Positions 46,992-49,904 of a stretch of DNA of 49,904 nt are shown piece by piece. The stretch covers positions 1-49,904 of the forward strand of contig JBGPIA010000026.1 of assembly GCA_041484665.1 (NCBI GenBank). Direction: 5' to 3'. Source of the stretch: Candidatus Krumholzibacteriia bacterium (GTDB lineage: Bacteria; Krumholzibacteriota; Krumholzibacteriia; JAJRXK01). A model generated the notes under the pieces. It ran no database searches and was not told the origin of the DNA. It saw nothing but the letters and a program-made list of their open reading frames with translations. The position numbers were made by a program, and so were the translations under genes. How positions within the stretch are numbered: the stretch's first letter is position 1; each line of letters begins with the position of its first letter.

Positions 46992-48440
46992 CTAGTCCCG
47001 CCAGTACGAGCGGGTGAAGAGGATCAGGATCGTGAGGATCTCGAGGCGGCCCATCAGCATGCAGAGATCCAGCGTCCACTTGGCGATCGCGGAGAGGTGC
47101 GCGTAGTCGGACATGGGTCCGACCGTGCCGAGCCCCGGCCCGCAGCCCGCCAGGCAACTGGCCACCGCGCTGATCGAGCTGAGCAGGTCCACACCGGTCG
47201 CGGCCACTGCGAGCGTGCCCAGGCAGAACACGCCGATGTACAGGGTGACGAAGGCCTGGATGGCCGAGAGCGTTTCCCTGCGCACGGCGCTGCGATCGTG
47301 GTGGACCTGCACGACCGCCTGGGGGTGCAGCACGCTGCGCAGGCCGCCCCACGCCGACTTGACCGAGAGCATCACGCGGAAGGTCTTCATGCCGCCGCCC
47401 GCGGAGCCGGCGCATGCTCCCGGGAGCATCAGGCACAGCAGGATCGCCTGCCCCACGGCCGGCCACAGCACGAAATCCGCGTTGGCGAACCCGGTGCACG
47501 ACATGACCGACGCGGCGTTGAACGCCGCATGGCGCACCGCCAGCGCCAGCGGCTCCCGCAGCGATCCCAGCGCGAGCGCCAGCGTGATCGCCACGACCGC
47601 CACCCCGAAGGTCCCCATGTAGAAGGTGAACTCGTTGTCGCGGGGGTAAGCGCGCAGATTGCGGCGGATGGCCGCCAGATGCAGCGCGAAATTGGTGCCG
47701 GCCACCAGCATGAAGAACGTGATGACGAGATCGATGTAGGCGGAGTGATACCAGGCGATGCTCGTGTTCTTCACCGAGAAGCCGCCCGCGGAGATGGTGG
47801 CGAATGCGTGGCACAGGGCATCGAACGGGGGCATTCCGCCCAGAACCAGCAGGATCACCTCCGCCAGCGTGATCCCCGCGTAGAGCTTGCCGAACAGGCG
47901 TGCGGTCTCGGACAGCCGCGGCGTGAGCTGATCCCTCGCCGAGGTGGATCGCTCCGCGATCAAGAGCTGCATTCCCCCCACGCCCAAAAACGGCAGGACC
48001 GCCAGCGCCAGCACAATGATCCCCAGGCCCCCGATCCAGTGGGTCATCGCCCGCCAGAACAGGATGCCGTGCGGCAGGATCTCCACGTCGGGCACGATCG
48101 ACGCACCGGTGCCGGTGAACCCGGACACTGCCTCGAAATAGGCGTCGGTGAACGAGGGGATGGCCCCCGACAGCAGGTAGGGCAGGCAGCCGAACAGCGG
48201 CACCACGACCCAGGCCAAAGTGGCGATGGCGAATGCCTCGCGCGCGCCGATCGCGCGCACGCGAGCGCGGCAGCTCCACCACGCGATCAACCCGATGGGA
48301 GCCGTGATCGCCGCGGAGCCCAGGATCGCGCGCAGCCCGTCATCATGATAGAGGAGCGGGAACGGCGCGGCCGTCAGCATGAGCACGCCGATCGCGGCCG
48401 TGAACAGCCCCAGCGCTCCGATGACCGGCCGGGCTTGCAT
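46992..48440 (-). CDS. trkH: Trk potassium uptake membrane protein
   Basis: FEAVSGFTGTGA, WIGGLGII, ISAGGFS, GSAGGGMK, MLMGRLE. Confidence 0.95.
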   Translation of the reverse strand: MQARPVIGALGLFTAAIGVLMLTAAPFPLLYHDDGLRAILGSAAITAPIGLIAWWSCRARVRAIGAREAFAIATLAWVVVPLFGCLPYLLSGAIPSFTDAYFEAVSGFTGTGASIVPDVEILPHGILFWRAMTHWIGGLGIIVLALAVLPFLGVGGMQLLIAERSTSARDQLTPRLSETARLFGKLYAGITLAEVILLVLGGMPPFDALCHAFATISAGGFSVKNTSIAWYHSAYIDLVITFFMLVAGTNFALHLAAIRRNLRAYPRDNEFTFYMGTFGVAVVAITLALALGSLREPLALAVRHAAFNAASVMSCTGFANADFVLWPAVGQAILLCLMLPGACAGSAGGGMKTFRVMLSVKSAWGGLRSVLHPQAVVQVHHDRSAVRRETLSAIQAFVTLYIGVFCLGTLAVAATGVDLLSSISAVASCLAGCGPGLGTVGPMSDYAHLSAIAKWTLDLCMLMGRLEILTILILFTRSYWRD

Positions 48441-48914
48441 GGCGTTACGTCAGCCTCCCGGGCCGCGCGGGGTGGAGCGGGCCGTCATCGGCGCGACGGT
48501 AGAGCCTGGTGGCAGGGGAAGCAAGGGCCGGCCGGGGCGCGGGCGGGCGGGTGGGTGGGTGGGTTGGCGGGTGGGCGGACGCGCGGGTGGGTGCGCGGCT
48601 GGGTTGGTGCGCGGGGGTTGGGCACGTGCGCGACGCCGGCCGGGGCCGCGCGCGCGGCGCGCCTACGACGTGCGCATGACGCGCGCTGGCCGTGCGCCGG
48701 CCGGCCGCTTGCCGCACGCTCCTGCGCTTCTTTCCATAATCCTATGCTCGTAAGCTGTGGCGGCCGGGCGCGCGAGCGGGCGGCTGGCTTGCCGCGCGGG
48801 CACGGTTGCGCTGGGGCGCTGTGGCTCCGTTACGCAGACGCGGAGGGGCGCCGGGGCGCCGGGCAGGCCTGGGCACGTGACCACTAGGACGACCGCTGGG
48901 CAAGGGAGGGACCG

Positions 48915-49265
48915 GTGGGCCGGCTGGACGACTTCCGGGCGTATCGCGAGCGGATGAACGCCCGCATCCATGAGAAAGGGACGATCGTCACCAAGCGCTT
49001 CTTCAACCTCGACGGCAAGTGCTACGAGGCGGGGGCGCTCGACGGCAAGACGAAGGAAATGCTCGGACTTGCGGCGTCGATGGTGCTGCGCTGCGATGAC
49101 TGCATCAGCTACCACATCGTCCGCTGCGCAGAGGAAGGGGTGATCCGGCCCGAGCTGATGGAGGTGTTCGACGTCGCGCTCATCGTGGGGGGCCCGATCG
49201 TGATCCCGCACCTGCGCAGGGCACACGAGTTGCTGGACGAGGTGATGCCGGCGAACGGGCAGTGA
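48915..49265 (+). CDS. Carboxymuconolactone decarboxylase/AhpD-family protein
   Basis: GALDGKTKEMLGLAAS..LRCDDCISYH; GGAGG RBS. Confidence 0.9.
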   Translation: MGRLDDFRAYRERMNARIHEKGTIVTKRFFNLDGKCYEAGALDGKTKEMLGLAASMVLRCDDCISYHIVRCAEEGVIRPELMEVFDVALIVGGPIVIPHLRRAHELLDEVMPANGQ

Positions 49266-49290
49266 GTCGATCGCACTTGGGGCGGTCACC

Positions 49291-49319
49291 TTGACAGCAC
49301 CCCGGCAGGCACCTATAGT
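49291..49319 (+). promoter_or_regulatory. Sigma70 promoter for tRNA-Asn
   Basis: TTGACA-17 nt-TATAGT. Confidence 0.8.
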
Positions 49320-49443
49320 TTTTGCCCTGCGCGTGGACCCGGGGTCCTGGCGCGCAAGGCGAGAAATTTCAAGGGGTTGAGGCGGCCCTGGCGCCCACGC
49401 CCCGAGCGCCTCCGGCACCACCGGAGAGCGCCGCTGCCATTGC

Positions 49444-49518
49444 TCCTCGGTAGCTCAATGGTAGAGCATTCGGCTGTTAACCGAAGGGTTGCAGGTTCGA
49501 GTCCTGCCCGGGGAGCCA
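49444..49518 (+). tRNA. tRNA-Asn(GTT)
   Basis: Cloverleaf: TCCTCGG/CCGGGGA acceptor stem, GTT anticodon, GGTTCGAGTCC T-arm, encoded CCA. Confidence 0.97.
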
Positions 49519-49558
49519 ACTACTCCGGCCTCGAAACGCGAGGCCCGGCTGCTTGACA

Positions 49559-49595
49559 CAACCCCGCTCTCGGATGAGGGCGGGGTTGCTTTCTT
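49559..49595 (+). terminator. Intrinsic terminator after tRNA
   Basis: caaccccgctct...agggcggggttg stem followed by ctttctt. Confidence 0.7.
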
Positions 49596-49904
49596 CCGCT
49601 GAATTCGCAGGGGTTTGCGAGGGCGCCCGCCGCGCGGATTCTCTGTTCCGAGAAGCGTCCTGCCCGGGGTCCAAGTGGAGGACGCGGAATCGGGGTGAGC
49701 GGTCTCGAAGTCTCCGTTCGCAGCACCCAGCGACAAATGCTTAACGCACGTCGTCGATTTTGGCGGCACCAGGCGGCTCACCGGGAGGCCGCCTGTCAGA
49801 TCGGAAGCGTCAGGCCGGCTAAGAGCGCCCAACCGGAGACGTCGAACGTCCCCGTTCGATCCGGGCTTCCCTGGATGGTGAGCCGGTAGTCACCGGCCAC
49901 CCAT

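Noticed and set aside
49519..49904. Integrated element at the tRNA-Asn 3' end
   Set aside because: No integrase or duplicated att sequence visible before the window ends

Overview
GC-rich bacterial chromosomal window. A C-terminal 'SWGxLK' tail on one secreted protein and an FlgD-Ig-like tail on another suggest Eisenbacteria, Krumholzibacteriota or Latescibacterota (inference). Left to right: end of a SUF Fe-S operon (Rieske ferredoxin, sufS, sufU, sufT); a patatin-POTRA-barrel protein; an FHA-GAF-PP2C phosphatase; an OmpA-like protein; hypothetical proteins; a frameshifted Calx-beta secreted protein. The most interesting locus (14.3-23.4 kb) follows: an ATPase-less export module (MFP, RRE-like/M50 protease/MFP fusion, GAF-GAF-MFP), a STAS protein, a 202-aa protein made of 20 tandem octapeptides (LAPKQIAS) behind a complete sigma54 promoter (two UAS-like boxes, IHF site, -24/-12), and a GAF-AAA+ sigma54 activator. 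The rest is mostly housekeeping (ggt, ccmH-like, DUF423, UDG, M6 protease, pilT, SDR, polX, rhodanese-methyltransferase, two paralogous lipoproteins, M1 aminopeptidase, ogt, trkH, CMD protein, tRNA-Asn). There is also a candidate sigma54-driven repeat-hairpin sRNA near 34 kb. Product calls come from motifs read by eye; no database searches were run.
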